Below are positions 21,369 through 32,028 of a stretch of DNA of 64,000 nt, one piece after another (the first letter of the stretch is position 1; every line of letters starts with the position of its first letter). The stretch is from Candidatus Poribacteria bacterium. Its GTDB lineage: Bacteria > Poribacteria > WGA-4E > PCPOR2b. The DNA lies in NCBI GenBank assembly GCA_965215015.1, contig OZ244042.1:3360001-3424000 (forward strand). Direction: 5' to 3'. A program made the translations under genes and the position numbers. The notes under the pieces were generated by a model. That model saw only the letters and a list, made by a program, of their open reading frames with translations. It had not been told where the DNA came from and searched no databases.

Positions 21369-21821
21369 TCGTTGCTAAAAAGCTGGACTGCCTTCTCAAA
21401 AAGGGAGAGTATTTGTGTTTTTACGATGAAAATGAGTTAACGAATCTTTGGGGCAAGAGTCTCTATGATTACTTGCCATCGGTCTTTGACATACTCCCGT
21501 CTCTAAAGCGAATTGAACCATACCACCAAAAGGTATGAACCCGCCGATAGACTTGAAATCCAATGATGCTGAAGCTTATTCAATCGGGGTATAATTGGGT
21601 TAGTCCAAGGTATATGGGAAAGGACGAAAGCGGACCTGATCAATGCCAGAGGCACGGGGTTGAATATCTCCAGTTCATTTCATAACGACTACGAAAGCAT
21701 CGCAGACTTTGAGCAGAGACATGGTGTCCAGTTCCTGAAAGACCTCACCGCAATACTAACACCCCCGCAGGCATGGATTCGTCCCAAACACACAAATTAT
21801 CTTACGTTTTACGGAAAATAA
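21369..21821 (+). pseudogene. Decayed TPR-containing gene remnant
   Basis: Broken frames encode DLKSNDAEAY..NRG (TPR-like) and WERTKADLINARGTGLNISSSFHNDYESIADFEQRHGVQ; recognised by eye only. Confidence 0.5.
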
Positions 21822-23060
21822 ATGTCAATCCAACTCCTCCGACAAGCCTTCAACGGTGATCGCCTTCCTCCAAGGATGTGGCGGTCACATGAACTGAAAG
21901 AATACTACGATGTCGTTATCATCGGCGGCGGGGCCCATGGACTCGCCTGTGCCTACTATCTCGCCAAAGAGCACGGCATCACCGATGTGGCGGTACTGGA
22001 AAAAAGCTATATCGGTGCGGGTGGCAGCGGTCGTAACACCGCAATTATTCGCAGCAACTACCTGACCCCAGAAGGGGTGCGCTTTTATAACGAAAGTATC
22101 AAACTCTACGAACAACTGTCGGACGAACTCAATTTCAATGTGATGTTCAGCCAGCGGGGGCACCTGACCCTCGCCCATACTGATAGCGGGGTCAATACCA
22201 TGCGTCGTCGGGCGGAGGTCAACCAGATCGAAGGTGTTGATTCACGTCTAATTTTCCCCGCTGAAATCAAAAATCTCTGCCCCTATCTCGATGTGAGCGA
22301 CCATCCGCGCTATCCCATTTTGGCGGCACTCTACCATCCCCCCGGCGGCATTATTCGCCACGATGCGGTTGTTTGGGGCTATGCCCATCAAGCAGATGTG
22401 CACGGTGTCCACATTCACCAAAACACGGAGGTAACTAGACTGGAAGTACAAGATGGCAAAGTGACTGGCGTGGAAACAACTCGTGGTCACATCAAAACCG
22501 GGACAGTTCTCAACGCAACCGCCGGTTGGGCTTCGACAATCACGGCGATGGTGGGGATTAATCTGCCGTTGACCACTATCCCCTTGCAAGCCTGCGTGAC
22601 CGAACCGCTCAAGCCCTTCTTGGATGTGGTTGTTGTCTCCGGCAGCCTGCATGTCTACATCAGTCAGACAGATCGGGGAGAGCTAGTGATGGGCGCAAGC
22701 GTAGACCCCTTTTCCTCCTATTCGATGGCGGGTTCCCTGACATTCCTCGAAGGTATTGCAGGGCATGTTCTCGAACTTTTTCCCTCTTTAAGCCATGTTC
22801 GTATCCTGCGTCAGTGGGCTGGTATCTGCGAAATGCCTCCCGACTATAGCCCAATCATGGGGTTCACCCCTGTCAATGGATTTCTGATAGATGTCGGTTG
22901 GGGCACTTATGGATTCAAAGCGTCCCCCATTGCAGGCAAAACCTTGGCAGAGTTAATCGCAACCGGCAAGACTCCAACTCTCATCGCTCCTTTCCGCCTA
23001 TCGCGTTTTGAGGAAAATGATCTGGTCGGTGAGAAAGGTGCGGCGGCAGTGGGACACTAA
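21822..23060 (+). CDS. soxB: Sarcosine oxidase subunit beta
   Basis: GGGAHG FAD motif, GRNTAIIRSNY, RHDAVVWGYA, GWGTYGFKA, EKGAAAVGH. Confidence 0.93.
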   Translation: MSIQLLRQAFNGDRLPPRMWRSHELKEYYDVVIIGGGAHGLACAYYLAKEHGITDVAVLEKSYIGAGGSGRNTAIIRSNYLTPEGVRFYNESIKLYEQLSDELNFNVMFSQRGHLTLAHTDSGVNTMRRRAEVNQIEGVDSRLIFPAEIKNLCPYLDVSDHPRYPILAALYHPPGGIIRHDAVVWGYAHQADVHGVHIHQNTEVTRLEVQDGKVTGVETTRGHIKTGTVLNATAGWASTITAMVGINLPLTTIPLQACVTEPLKPFLDVVVVSGSLHVYISQTDRGELVMGASVDPFSSYSMAGSLTFLEGIAGHVLELFPSLSHVRILRQWAGICEMPPDYSPIMGFTPVNGFLIDVGWGTYGFKASPIAGKTLAELIATGKTPTLIAPFRLSRFEENDLVGEKGAAAVGH

Positions 23061-23258
23061 AACGCGAGGTTCATGTAAAAAGAAGGTGCAAAGCATCCGC
23101 GAATTAACGCGAATCTATACAAATAAAAAAAGAAAGACTAAAGACGGGCAAACACAAAGGCTGCCCCTACAGTCCGCTCCAAACCGGAAATGTTCGGGTG
23201 GGGAGCCCCTGTTCCTACGATTACTGTTGCATGATTTTTTAACGTGAGCGAAACGTGA

Positions 23259-23537
23259 ATGGAGATCAATGTGTTACTTTTAACTTGTCCTAACTGTGGG
23301 GATCGAAATGTCAGCGAATTTCACTGCGGTGGGGAGCTCGGTTCGCGTCCTAAAGGTCCTTCGGCTATCAGCAATGTAGAATGGGCAAATTATCTCTACA
23401 TGCGAAATAACGTCATGGGCGTACAAACGGAGTGGTGGCATCATAACGCCGGTTGCGGTTTATGGTTTCTGGCTGAACGGCACACACGGACCAACGAAGT
23501 GACAAAGACTTACCTTTACGCCAAGCGTGATGCGTGA
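23259..23537 (+). CDS. soxD: Sarcosine oxidase subunit delta
   Basis: CPNCGDR..EF, YLYMRNN, W.H..GC..WF..ER.T zinc motif. Confidence 0.93.
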   Translation: MEINVLLLTCPNCGDRNVSEFHCGGELGSRPKGPSAISNVEWANYLYMRNNVMGVQTEWWHHNAGCGLWFLAERHTRTNEVTKTYLYAKRDA

Positions 23538-23597
23538 AACGTGATGGGGCATTTCTCCATCGCGTGATTTCTATAAAGCATAGTACCTGGAAAATTA

Positions 23598-26510
23598 ATG
23601 CAAACTGAACAAGATACACTAACAACAGCACCCAATCGACTTCAACCGAAGCAAGGTGAGGTGATCGATCGTTCTACCACGATTCGATTTACCTTTGATG
23701 GAGTGGGATATACCGCCCACCCCGGTGATACCGTGGCTTCGGCTCTGACAGCGGCGGGTGTCAAAGTCTTGAGTCGCTCGTTTAAGTATCATCGTCCGCG
23801 TGGGCTGCTCTGCTGCTCCGGACATTGCCCCAACTGTCTGGTGCAAATCGGAGATGAGCCAAACGTCCGCGCCTGTACCAGACCTGTCGAAGCGGGTATG
23901 GACGTGCGAGCGCAAAACGTTTGGCCCTCGCTCAATCGAGATCTGCTTTCCCTGATCCAACTGGGGTCGCGTTTGATGCCGGTGGGCTTTTACTACAAGA
24001 CTTTCATTCGCCCCAAAAAGCTGTGGCCCCTCTACGAACATACGTTACGTCATGCCGCTGGTTTGGGTGAGGTTGATCTTGATACTCCCCCAGGCGAGTT
24101 TGACAAGCAATATCTGCATACCGATGTCGTCGTAGTCGGTGGGGGACCGGCAGGGATCGGTGCGGCCTCGGGGGCAGCCAAAGGGGGAGCACAGGTGCTG
24201 CTTTTCGACGAGAATTCAACCCTCGGAGGTCATCTCCGCTTCACCGTCCCCCTACAATCCCCGTCGTCCACAGGCCTACCTGAACTATTAGAAACCCTTA
24301 ATCAGCAGCCAAATGTCACGGTTCTCACCGATACGAGTGTGCTGGGTTGGTATCAGGATAACTGGCTTTGCGCTGTGCAGGGAGCCCGTCTGTTCAAAAT
24401 ACGGACGAAATCAGTAGTTGTAGCAACCGGTGCCTACGAGACACCGCTTATCTTTGACAACAACGACTTGCCGGGCGTTATGTTGGGGAGTGCTGTGCAG
24501 CGGCTGCTTCACCTTTTCGGCGTCCTGCCCGGCAGACAGGTCGTGATTGTAACAGCTAACGATGATGGCTGGGATGTAGCTGCTGACCTACAGGCATTGG
24601 GGGTGAACGTGGCGGCTATCGTGGACGAACGTGAGCACAACGCTTGCTCCAGTCAATACAGAGATGGATTGGCGAATGCCGGTGTTCCGGCCTTCTATCG
24701 GCATACCATCGTCGAAGCTCTCGGTTCAAATGCAGTAAGAGGGGCAAAGATTGCGCGCATCAACAGACGAGGCGACATCTCTCCCGCAACAATACAATCG
24801 CTGCAGTGCGATCTTATCGTGACAAGCATAGGTTGGACACCTGCCACTGAACTATTGTATATGACGGGTGGAAAATCGGAATACAATGAAGCCCAAGCGG
24901 AAATACTACCGATATCCACCCCACCGGGTATCTATGTGGCAGGACGAGCAGCAGGAATACACGCCATCAATCCGCAAATCGCCGAAGCACAGCAGGTAGG
25001 ATTGAATGCAGCCGCATTCGCGGGCTTCGGTGAATTTGAGGAATCGATAACACACGTTTTAGAACCGCGCCGTACTTCCGGGCGGGTGTGCGTTCCCGGC
25101 AATAAGAAGCGATTTGTATGCTATTGCGAAGATGTCACCGACGAAGATGTCGAAACGGCGATTGCAGAAGGGTATGAGAGTATAGAGTTGCTCAAGCGAT
25201 ACAGTACCATCTCAATGGGCCCCTGTCAGGGTGCTATGTGTTCGATGAATACTATCCACCTTTGCGCCCGTGCCAACGGTTGGACGGTTCAGGAGACAAG
25301 TACCACGACTGCGAGGCCCCCCATCACGCCGGTGACACTAGGGGTTCTGGCAGGACAAAACATGGAACCGGTGCAGACAACCCCCATACATCAATGGCAC
25401 CTTGATCACGGCGCAAACATGATGGTCGCGGGACTCTGGCTGCGTCCAAACCACTACGGTGATCCAACGGCAGAAGCATTGGGCGTCCGCAATCGAGTCG
25501 GTCTTATTGACGTAAGCCCGTTGGGAAAACTACAGCTTACCGGCCCTGGGGTGCCCGAACTGCTTGAACGCATCTACACCAACCGGTGGCACAATCTCCG
25601 GGTTGGGCGGGTGCGCTACGGCGTGATGTGCAATGACGAAGGCGTGGTGTTAAATGACGGAGTCTGCGCGCCTCTGAGGGACGAAGTGTGGTATATGACC
25701 ACCACCTCCACCGGTGCAACGGCGGTCTTTGAGTGGCTGCAATGGTGGTTGCAATCGGGGTGGGGGGAAGGTGTCCATCTGACGGATCTGACCGAGACCT
25801 ATGCCGCCTTCAACTTGGCGGGCCCGCAATCGCGGAAGGTGCTAGAGAAATTAACCGAGCGAAACCTCGCCAACAAAGCCTTCCCTTACATGCGTATTCG
25901 GTCTGCCAAGATTGCGGATGTGCCGTGTCGTTTACTGCGTATCGGTTTCACCGGTGAGCTCTCCTACGAAATTCACTGTCCGTCGGGTTATGCGTTGTAT
26001 GTCTGGGAAGCACTGATGGACGCAGGCAGAGAGTTTGGCATTGCTCCATTTGGCGTGGAAGCACAACGTATATTGCGATTGGAGAAAGCACACATTATCG
26101 TCGGACAGGACACCGATGCCATCTCCGATCCGCTTTCTGCTAATATAGGGTGGGCGGTGAAATTGGACAAGCCCGATTTTCTAGGAAAGCCTTCTCTAAT
26201 GCGAATCTCCACCGAAGGACCTAAGCAGCTTCTGGTAGGCTTTAAGATGGCTAATCCGGACGTTGTGCCCGCTGAGGGACTACAAATTGTCGAGCCCGAA
26301 TCGGAGGGACGCCTGAAAATCATCGGCTGGGTCACCTCCAGTCGCTTCAGTCCGACCCTAGGGGAAGTCATCGGACTCTGCTGGCTGCCGGCGGATCTGG
26401 CTTCTCAAAACGGTGCCCCCTTTACGATTCGCATGGACGGACATCTGAAAGAAGCACATGTCCATCACGGTGCCTTTTATGACCCCGACGGAGAAAGGTT
26501 ACGCACGTGA
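23598..26510 (+). CDS. soxA: Sarcosine oxidase subunit alpha
   Basis: SRSFKYHRPRG, GGGPAG, CYCEDV..MGPCQG, GcvT-like C-terminus (RIGFTGELSYEI). Confidence 0.93.
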   Translation: MQTEQDTLTTAPNRLQPKQGEVIDRSTTIRFTFDGVGYTAHPGDTVASALTAAGVKVLSRSFKYHRPRGLLCCSGHCPNCLVQIGDEPNVRACTRPVEAGMDVRAQNVWPSLNRDLLSLIQLGSRLMPVGFYYKTFIRPKKLWPLYEHTLRHAAGLGEVDLDTPPGEFDKQYLHTDVVVVGGGPAGIGAASGAAKGGAQVLLFDENSTLGGHLRFTVPLQSPSSTGLPELLETLNQQPNVTVLTDTSVLGWYQDNWLCAVQGARLFKIRTKSVVVATGAYETPLIFDNNDLPGVMLGSAVQRLLHLFGVLPGRQVVIVTANDDGWDVAADLQALGVNVAAIVDEREHNACSSQYRDGLANAGVPAFYRHTIVEALGSNAVRGAKIARINRRGDISPATIQSLQCDLIVTSIGWTPATELLYMTGGKSEYNEAQAEILPISTPPGIYVAGRAAGIHAINPQIAEAQQVGLNAAAFAGFGEFEESITHVLEPRRTSGRVCVPGNKKRFVCYCEDVTDEDVETAIAEGYESIELLKRYSTISMGPCQGAMCSMNTIHLCARANGWTVQETSTTTARPPITPVTLGVLAGQNMEPVQTTPIHQWHLDHGANMMVAGLWLRPNHYGDPTAEALGVRNRVGLIDVSPLGKLQLTGPGVPELLERIYTNRWHNLRVGRVRYGVMCNDEGVVLNDGVCAPLRDEVWYMTTTSTGATAVFEWLQWWLQSGWGEGVHLTDLTETYAAFNLAGPQSRKVLEKLTERNLANKAFPYMRIRSAKIADVPCRLLRIGFTGELSYEIHCPSGYALYVWEALMDAGREFGIAPFGVEAQRILRLEKAHIIVGQDTDAISDPLSANIGWAVKLDKPDFLGKPSLMRISTEGPKQLLVGFKMANPDVVPAEGLQIVEPESEGRLKIIGWVTSSRFSPTLGEVIGLCWLPADLASQNGAPFTIRMDGHLKEAHVHHGAFYDPDGERLRT

Positions 26511-27190
26511 GCCAATCCAGGACCCCCATCAAATTGACTCCCTTATACTCCATCGCCCAACGCTTGGGTGCGACGTTCACCGAGGGACAAGGTTGGCGTA
26601 TCCCAGAGGTTTATACGACGCCGGAGGCGGAAATCGCTGCCGCCCGTGAGAGGATTGCTCTCGCTGACGAAACACCGAATGGGAAACTGCTGCTTGAAGG
26701 AGATCAAGCCGAGTCAGTATTGATGGATGCTTTTGATTTACGCTCCCTCAAAATCAGCGAAGGCAGTGATGGAATTTATCGGTTGCGGAACGATCTCTTT
26801 TTTATAAGCACGCCGCCCGGCGGAGAGGGTAGCGTACAGAAAAAGCTGACGGCCGCATTAGGAGCATCTGAACGGTTTGTTACCGTCACAGCGGTTACGC
26901 ACGGACGAGCGGAGATTCGGGTGATTGGTCCTGATAGTCAGGAGCTTTTGAGCAAGGTGTGCGGATTGGATTTCCACCTGTCGGCATTTCCAAACGAAAC
27001 CGCAAAACAGAGCAGTCTCGCCAAGACAGCACAGCTAATCATCCGCCGCGACATCGGCGGATTACCGGCATTTTCTATTATCGGCGCACAGTCGTTGGGG
27101 GCATACATTTGGGATACCATGGTAAAGGCGGGACGAGAGTTTGGGATTCTCCCGATTGGCAGGGCAGTGCTAGTCGCGCTAGGGGTGTGA
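26507..27190 (+). CDS. soxG: Sarcosine oxidase subunit gamma (GcvT-like)
   Basis: GTGA overlap with soxA; GPDSQELLSKVCGLDFH. Confidence 0.85.
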   Translation: MSQSRTPIKLTPLYSIAQRLGATFTEGQGWRIPEVYTTPEAEIAAARERIALADETPNGKLLLEGDQAESVLMDAFDLRSLKISEGSDGIYRLRNDLFFISTPPGGEGSVQKKLTAALGASERFVTVTAVTHGRAEIRVIGPDSQELLSKVCGLDFHLSAFPNETAKQSSLAKTAQLIIRRDIGGLPAFSIIGAQSLGAYIWDTMVKAGREFGILPIGRAVLVALGV

Positions 27191-27346
27191 GCGGAGAGAA
27201 GATCAGGGACTGTTCAATCGCGCTTTGCTGGCTATCACAGTATATCCCAAGCCCTGCGGTATGTCGCCGCACCTCCACTACATACTTTTAACTGAATCAG
27301 TCGAAAATACGAAAACTAAATGCCCCTACTTCACGTTGCATTGGGG

Positions 27347-27375
27347 TTGACAGGGATGCAACGGCGTGATATAAT
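27347..27375 (+). promoter_or_regulatory. Consensus sigma70 promoter
   Basis: Perfect TTGACA-17 nt-TATAAT. Confidence 0.8.
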
Positions 27376-27409
27376 CTTCATGTCGGAACGAATTTTTAGG
27401 AGAGGTGGT

Positions 27410-27952
27410 ATGCCTCAGAAGAAAACGATTGCTTTAACAGCGAGTCAAATTGTTTTAGGTGGTTCTATCGGTTTAGCGAGCGGCTGGCTTTGCCGCTTCA
27501 TTGTCGAGCTGCTGTTATGGAAAGGCTTAATCGGGGACCGTGTTCAGCACGGTTTTTGGGTGGGTTTACTCCTGCTGATCTCCTTTGGTGTGATGTACGG
27601 GAGTGCTCTCGCCGGTGTGGCTGAAGGCGTCATCTTTGCCGGACGCCGTTTCGGTGTTAGTGTGGACCGTAACCGCACATATCAGGGAGCTTTTCTTGGT
27701 GCTCCTGCGATAGTTGCGTTGATGTCACTGCTAAATATTCACTGGGAAGCATTGGTTGCCTCGAATTTACTGTTCTACATACTCCTAAATATAGCACAAT
27801 TGCTTGCTCTTATCATATCTTTACCCCTTCGCATTTTACTAGCGATAAAATGCCCTCCCGAGCTCTTGTACATCGTTGCGGCACCAATTGGCGCAATCCT
27901 TGGCTACCGGCTTGGTATGGAACGGAGACAAACCGCGTCGCCTGAGCTCTAA
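27410..27952 (+). CDS. Hypothetical multi-pass membrane protein
   Basis: Several hydrophobic segments; ATG 27410 follows AGGAGAGG and lies downstream of the promoter. Confidence 0.7.
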   Translation: MPQKKTIALTASQIVLGGSIGLASGWLCRFIVELLLWKGLIGDRVQHGFWVGLLLLISFGVMYGSALAGVAEGVIFAGRRFGVSVDRNRTYQGAFLGAPAIVALMSLLNIHWEALVASNLLFYILLNIAQLLALIISLPLRILLAIKCPPELLYIVAAPIGAILGYRLGMERRQTASPEL

Positions 27953-28043
27953 CTCAAATCCAGACCGGCCAGATTTTCAGACACCATACAATAACGTGCT
28001 GGGGTGTGGCGGAACACTCGATGAATTGGAGAATCATCCAAAT

Positions 28044-29462
28044 ATGGAATATTTCGATCCGTTTGATGATAAACCAAGATGTGAATGTGGGGTATTCGGT
28101 ATTTTGGGACATCCTAGGGCAGTTGAATTCACCTACTTGGGTTTACGCGCCCTTCAGCACCGTGGTCAGGAAAGTGCAGGAATTGTCGCTGCAGACGACG
28201 ATGCGTTCACATATCATCATGGTATGGGGCTTGTTGCAACTATCTTTGATTCGGATGCCTTGTCAAAGCTGGAGGGCAACCTTGCGCTGGGACACAACCG
28301 TTATTCAACAACCGGACACAGTACCCTTCAGAATGCACAACCGTTGGTCCGAGAGTACAAGCGGGGTCCCCTCGCGATTGCACATAATGGGAATCTTGTA
28401 AACGCCCAGCGTATTCGCAATGATCTTGAGGATGGCGGTTCAATTTTTAGCACGACTTCCGATACGGAGGTTATCGCTCACCTCATTGCTCGTTCTCGAC
28501 AGACGCTGCTGGAAGATCGTATCTTGGATGCACTCAAAGAGATTCGCGGGGCGTATTCACTTGTCTTCATGGGAAAGTCTATCCTGATAGGTGTGCGAGA
28601 TATTTACGGTTTCCGCCCACTTTGGTTGGGGCGCGTTGGTGATGCCTACGTTCTCACTTCTGAAACGTGTGCTTTCGATGTCATTGGAGCGGAACCCATT
28701 CGTGAGATTAGTCCCGGCGAAATGGTTATTATTACCGGGGCGGCTAAGGAACCGGAATCGTTTATGTTCGGGCAGGCGCAACCTCATCTATCGCAATGTA
28801 TCTTTGAGTATATTTACCTCTCGCGCCCAGATAGCGTTGTATTTGGTGAACTTGTTAACCGTCCAAGGCGTGAACTCGGCAGACAGCTAGCCCGTGAATG
28901 TCCCGCAGCGGCGGACATCGTCATTCCTGTGCCAGATTCGGCGACACTTTCTGCACTGGGGTATTCACAGGAATCGGGCATTCCGTTTGATGTGGGACTC
29001 TACCGAAACTCTTATGTGGGACGTGCTTTCATGAATCCTTCGCAGGAAGTTCGCGAATTGATGGTCAAGGTGAAATTAAACCCGATTCGCGATGTGCTTG
29101 AGGGCAAGCGCGTTGTGGTGGTTGATGATTCAATTATGCGGGGCACTGAGAGTCGGCAGTTTGTAAAGATGCTTCGTCAGGGTGGTGCCACACAGGTTCA
29201 TGTCCGTGTTGCTTCTCCTCCCAACAAATTCCCCTGTTTCTACGGCATTGATACACCTACCCGCAAAGAGTTGATTGCCAGTTCACACACCGTTGAGGAG
29301 ACCCGTAAGTACATCCGTGCAGATAGTTTGGGATACCTCAGCATTAAAGGCATGCTCAAGAGTATGAAGTCACCCCAAGATTTTTGCACGGCATGTTTTG
29401 ACGGGAGCTATCCTGTTGAATTTAGTGGACAATCAACGTCGCAGATTCCATTACTTTTGTGA
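28044..29462 (+). CDS. purF: Amidophosphoribosyltransferase (propeptide, Fe-S type)
   Basis: ECGVFG, QHRGQESAG, HNRYST, CIFEYIY, VVVDDSI.RG, PCFYG, FCTACF. Confidence 0.96.
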   Translation: MEYFDPFDDKPRCECGVFGILGHPRAVEFTYLGLRALQHRGQESAGIVAADDDAFTYHHGMGLVATIFDSDALSKLEGNLALGHNRYSTTGHSTLQNAQPLVREYKRGPLAIAHNGNLVNAQRIRNDLEDGGSIFSTTSDTEVIAHLIARSRQTLLEDRILDALKEIRGAYSLVFMGKSILIGVRDIYGFRPLWLGRVGDAYVLTSETCAFDVIGAEPIREISPGEMVIITGAAKEPESFMFGQAQPHLSQCIFEYIYLSRPDSVVFGELVNRPRRELGRQLARECPAAADIVIPVPDSATLSALGYSQESGIPFDVGLYRNSYVGRAFMNPSQEVRELMVKVKLNPIRDVLEGKRVVVVDDSIMRGTESRQFVKMLRQGGATQVHVRVASPPNKFPCFYGIDTPTRKELIASSHTVEETRKYIRADSLGYLSIKGMLKSMKSPQDFCTACFDGSYPVEFSGQSTSQIPLLL

Positions 29463-29524
29463 ATGAAGGGGATTGATGGTTACACGGGAACTTAATAGAC
29501 AATAAGATCCAAAGGAACAATCCG

Positions 29525-29881
29525 ATGCAAAATAGATTAAGAAGAGAGCGATCTGGATCTTCCCACCCTTTTCAAAACGTTCGGCGAGGCCTATCCACAT
29601 CACAGGGGCGATTCACTTTTTACGCGATTATCTTATGTGCGATTCTTGGCATAGTGGTGTACCAACCGGCAATCTTGCTGGTTCAAAAGCTGAGCCCAAC
29701 CGCTTCCCCACAGACTGCCGCAGAGAACGCAATGTTAATCACTATTGGATTGTGTATTGTGGTATTGGTTGTTTCGTTATTAAAAATGGACAAGATAATG
29801 ACTCTCGTTGGCAATCGACGCTTGGAATCCTTCAATCAACGTATGGAAAAGCGAAAGGAATCTGACGACTCCGATGGCTGA
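29525..29881 (+). CDS. Small two-TM hypothetical protein
   Basis: Two hydrophobic helices; AAGGA RBS; stop codon overlaps the purM start. Confidence 0.65.
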   Translation: MQNRLRRERSGSSHPFQNVRRGLSTSQGRFTFYAIILCAILGIVVYQPAILLVQKLSPTASPQTAAENAMLITIGLCIVVLVVSLLKMDKIMTLVGNRRLESFNQRMEKRKESDDSDG

Positions 29882-30905
29882 ACAGGGATTGACGTACGCT
29901 AGCACAGGTGTTTCCTTCGACGCAAAAGAGGACGCTCTAAAACGCTTAAAACCTCTTCTCCAATCGACTCACCGTCCAGAAGTCTTAAGCGAGGTAGGCA
30001 ATTTCGGGGGACTGTTTGCACTTGGTGAATACGAAAAGCCAATCTTGGTATCCAGCACCGACAGCGTGGGCACAAAGCTCAAAGTTGCTTTTATGGCAGG
30101 GCGGCACGATACGGTCGGGTTTGATATTGTGGCGCACTGCGGAAACGATATCCTTGTCCAAGGCGCAGAGCCCCTCTTTTTTCTAGATTACATCGGCACA
30201 AGTCAGCTGCACCCTGAAGTTATTGCACAGATTGTGGGTGGCGTGGCGGAGGGTTGCCGGGAAATTGGTTGTGCACTCATTGGTGGGGAAATCGCAGAAC
30301 TGTCGGAACTTTACACGGTGGGCGAGTATGACCTCGTTGGTACAATTGTGGGTGTGGTTGAAGAGTCGCAATTAATCACTGGAAGCAGGATTGCACCGGG
30401 GGATGGCCTAGTTGGCTTGAGTTCACTTGGATTGCATACGAACGGTTTTTCGCTTGCTCGGCGAATTGTGTTTGAGGTTTGCGGCTATGAATTTGATCAG
30501 TACGTTCCTGAACTCGATACAACGATTGGCTCGGAGTTACTTGCGTACCATAAAAGCTACGTAAAGAGTGTTCTTGTCCTACGGGAGCATTGCGATATTA
30601 AAGGTATCGCTCACATCACAGGTGGTGGCTTGTCAGATAACATCATCCGTGTTCTTCCGCCGGATTGCTGCGCGGAGATTCGGAAGGGCACTTGGGAAAT
30701 ACCGCCGATTTTTCCCTTCCTTCAAGACAAGGGTGGTGTAGATGAAGCCGAGATGTACCATGTTTTTAACATGGGTGTTGGTATGGTACTCGTATTACCA
30801 CCGAACCAGATTGATATGGCGATTGCTTTGCTCCGAGCGTCCGGTGAATCCCCTTTTCTAATTGGTGAAATTAGCCACGGCGAAAAAAGTGTCCAAATTA
30901 TCTGA
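29874..30905 (+). CDS. purM: Phosphoribosylaminoimidazole synthetase
   Basis: GNFGGLF, STDSVGTK, GAEPLFFLDY, GLHTNGFSL, AHITGGG, FNMGVGM. Confidence 0.96.
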   Translation: MAEQGLTYASTGVSFDAKEDALKRLKPLLQSTHRPEVLSEVGNFGGLFALGEYEKPILVSSTDSVGTKLKVAFMAGRHDTVGFDIVAHCGNDILVQGAEPLFFLDYIGTSQLHPEVIAQIVGGVAEGCREIGCALIGGEIAELSELYTVGEYDLVGTIVGVVEESQLITGSRIAPGDGLVGLSSLGLHTNGFSLARRIVFEVCGYEFDQYVPELDTTIGSELLAYHKSYVKSVLVLREHCDIKGIAHITGGGLSDNIIRVLPPDCCAEIRKGTWEIPPIFPFLQDKGGVDEAEMYHVFNMGVGMVLVLPPNQIDMAIALLRASGESPFLIGEISHGEKSVQII

Positions 30906-31088
30906 AAGCTCCTCAATTCAGACTAAAAACATGCCGCTTCTATTGTTCTTTTGCTGACGCGCTAGCACACCTTACCCACCGCTCCTGAGTCCCCAACATA
31001 TCACGACTCTCCTTTGGCTCCAATTTCCGATCCGTCAGCTCTAAAAACCGTGTGAGGTTTGCGGCCCCTCGTACCAGCGAGATTCGTG

Positions 31089-31925
31089 TTAGGGTAATCG
31101 TGCCTGAATAAGGTTGTTCACATTCTGTGTCTCTTGATCAAACTGCTGAATTCCCATCAACAGCGCATTTACCACCTTGTTTTGGTAAGTGGGAGAGTTG
31201 AGTTTTTTGTACTCTGCCTTGTTTGATAGATATCCTAATTCGACCAAAAGGGCTGGCATCTTGGTATCGACAAGGACACGAAAAGGTGCTCGTCTAACCA
31301 TTTTGTCTCGAGCACTTCGATTCCGATTTGGTGCTCCGAGGTGAGACACAAGCACAGATTGGACAATACGAGCGGCTTCCCAACTATATTTTTCGACGCC
31401 TTTCTTATGTAAATTATTGATGATAAAATCAATTGGACTGACGACCTCTTCGTCATTTTCCCATTTGGCTAATTCTGCTGCGAACTTATCGGTCGCGTGT
31501 AAGTTAAAGATATAGCTTTCCAATCCATGAACATGAGTATTAGAATGTGAGTTACAGTGGATGCTGATAAACAGGGTCTGACTCGCTGAGGATTGATTTG
31601 CTAAAAGGGCACGGTCCCTGAGTGAGATCCAACGGTCTGATGATCGAGTGAGGCGAACTTCATATGCCGTTTTTTCCCGAATCAATGCTGCTAGCTTAAG
31701 CGTAATTGCCAAGTTGATGTCTTTTTCAGCTTTGCGTCCTGGACCGACATTACCAGGATCTCTGCCGCCATGTCCAGCATCAAGCACAATCGTATTCAAG
31801 CGAAATGGAGATTTTATTTTAGTTGTAGGTTGGGCGGATTTAGACGCACTTACTGATAACTCTATGGTAGATACGGACAAAAGCACCATCGCCGCAAGGA
31901 TGAGCGATTTCTGAGTTATAGTCAT
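31089..31925 (-). CDS. N-acetylmuramoyl-L-alanine amidase (Amidase_3), exported
   Basis: LDAGHGG.DPG, EKDINL, FISIHCNS, LVELGYLSN; signal peptide. Confidence 0.92.
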   Translation of the reverse strand: MTITQKSLILAAMVLLSVSTIELSVSASKSAQPTTKIKSPFRLNTIVLDAGHGGRDPGNVGPGRKAEKDINLAITLKLAALIREKTAYEVRLTRSSDRWISLRDRALLANQSSASQTLFISIHCNSHSNTHVHGLESYIFNLHATDKFAAELAKWENDEEVVSPIDFIINNLHKKGVEKYSWEAARIVQSVLVSHLGAPNRNRSARDKMVRRAPFRVLVDTKMPALLVELGYLSNKAEYKKLNSPTYQNKVVNALLMGIQQFDQETQNVNNLIQARLP

Positions 31926-32028
31926 TTTTCCTCTCCAAGCTAGTTTTTAGTGGATCACTATGCCTAAACGTAAGATTCTTGGATCGGTTTCATGAGAATA
32001 TGTCTGACCAAAAGAATACTACTTGTAG

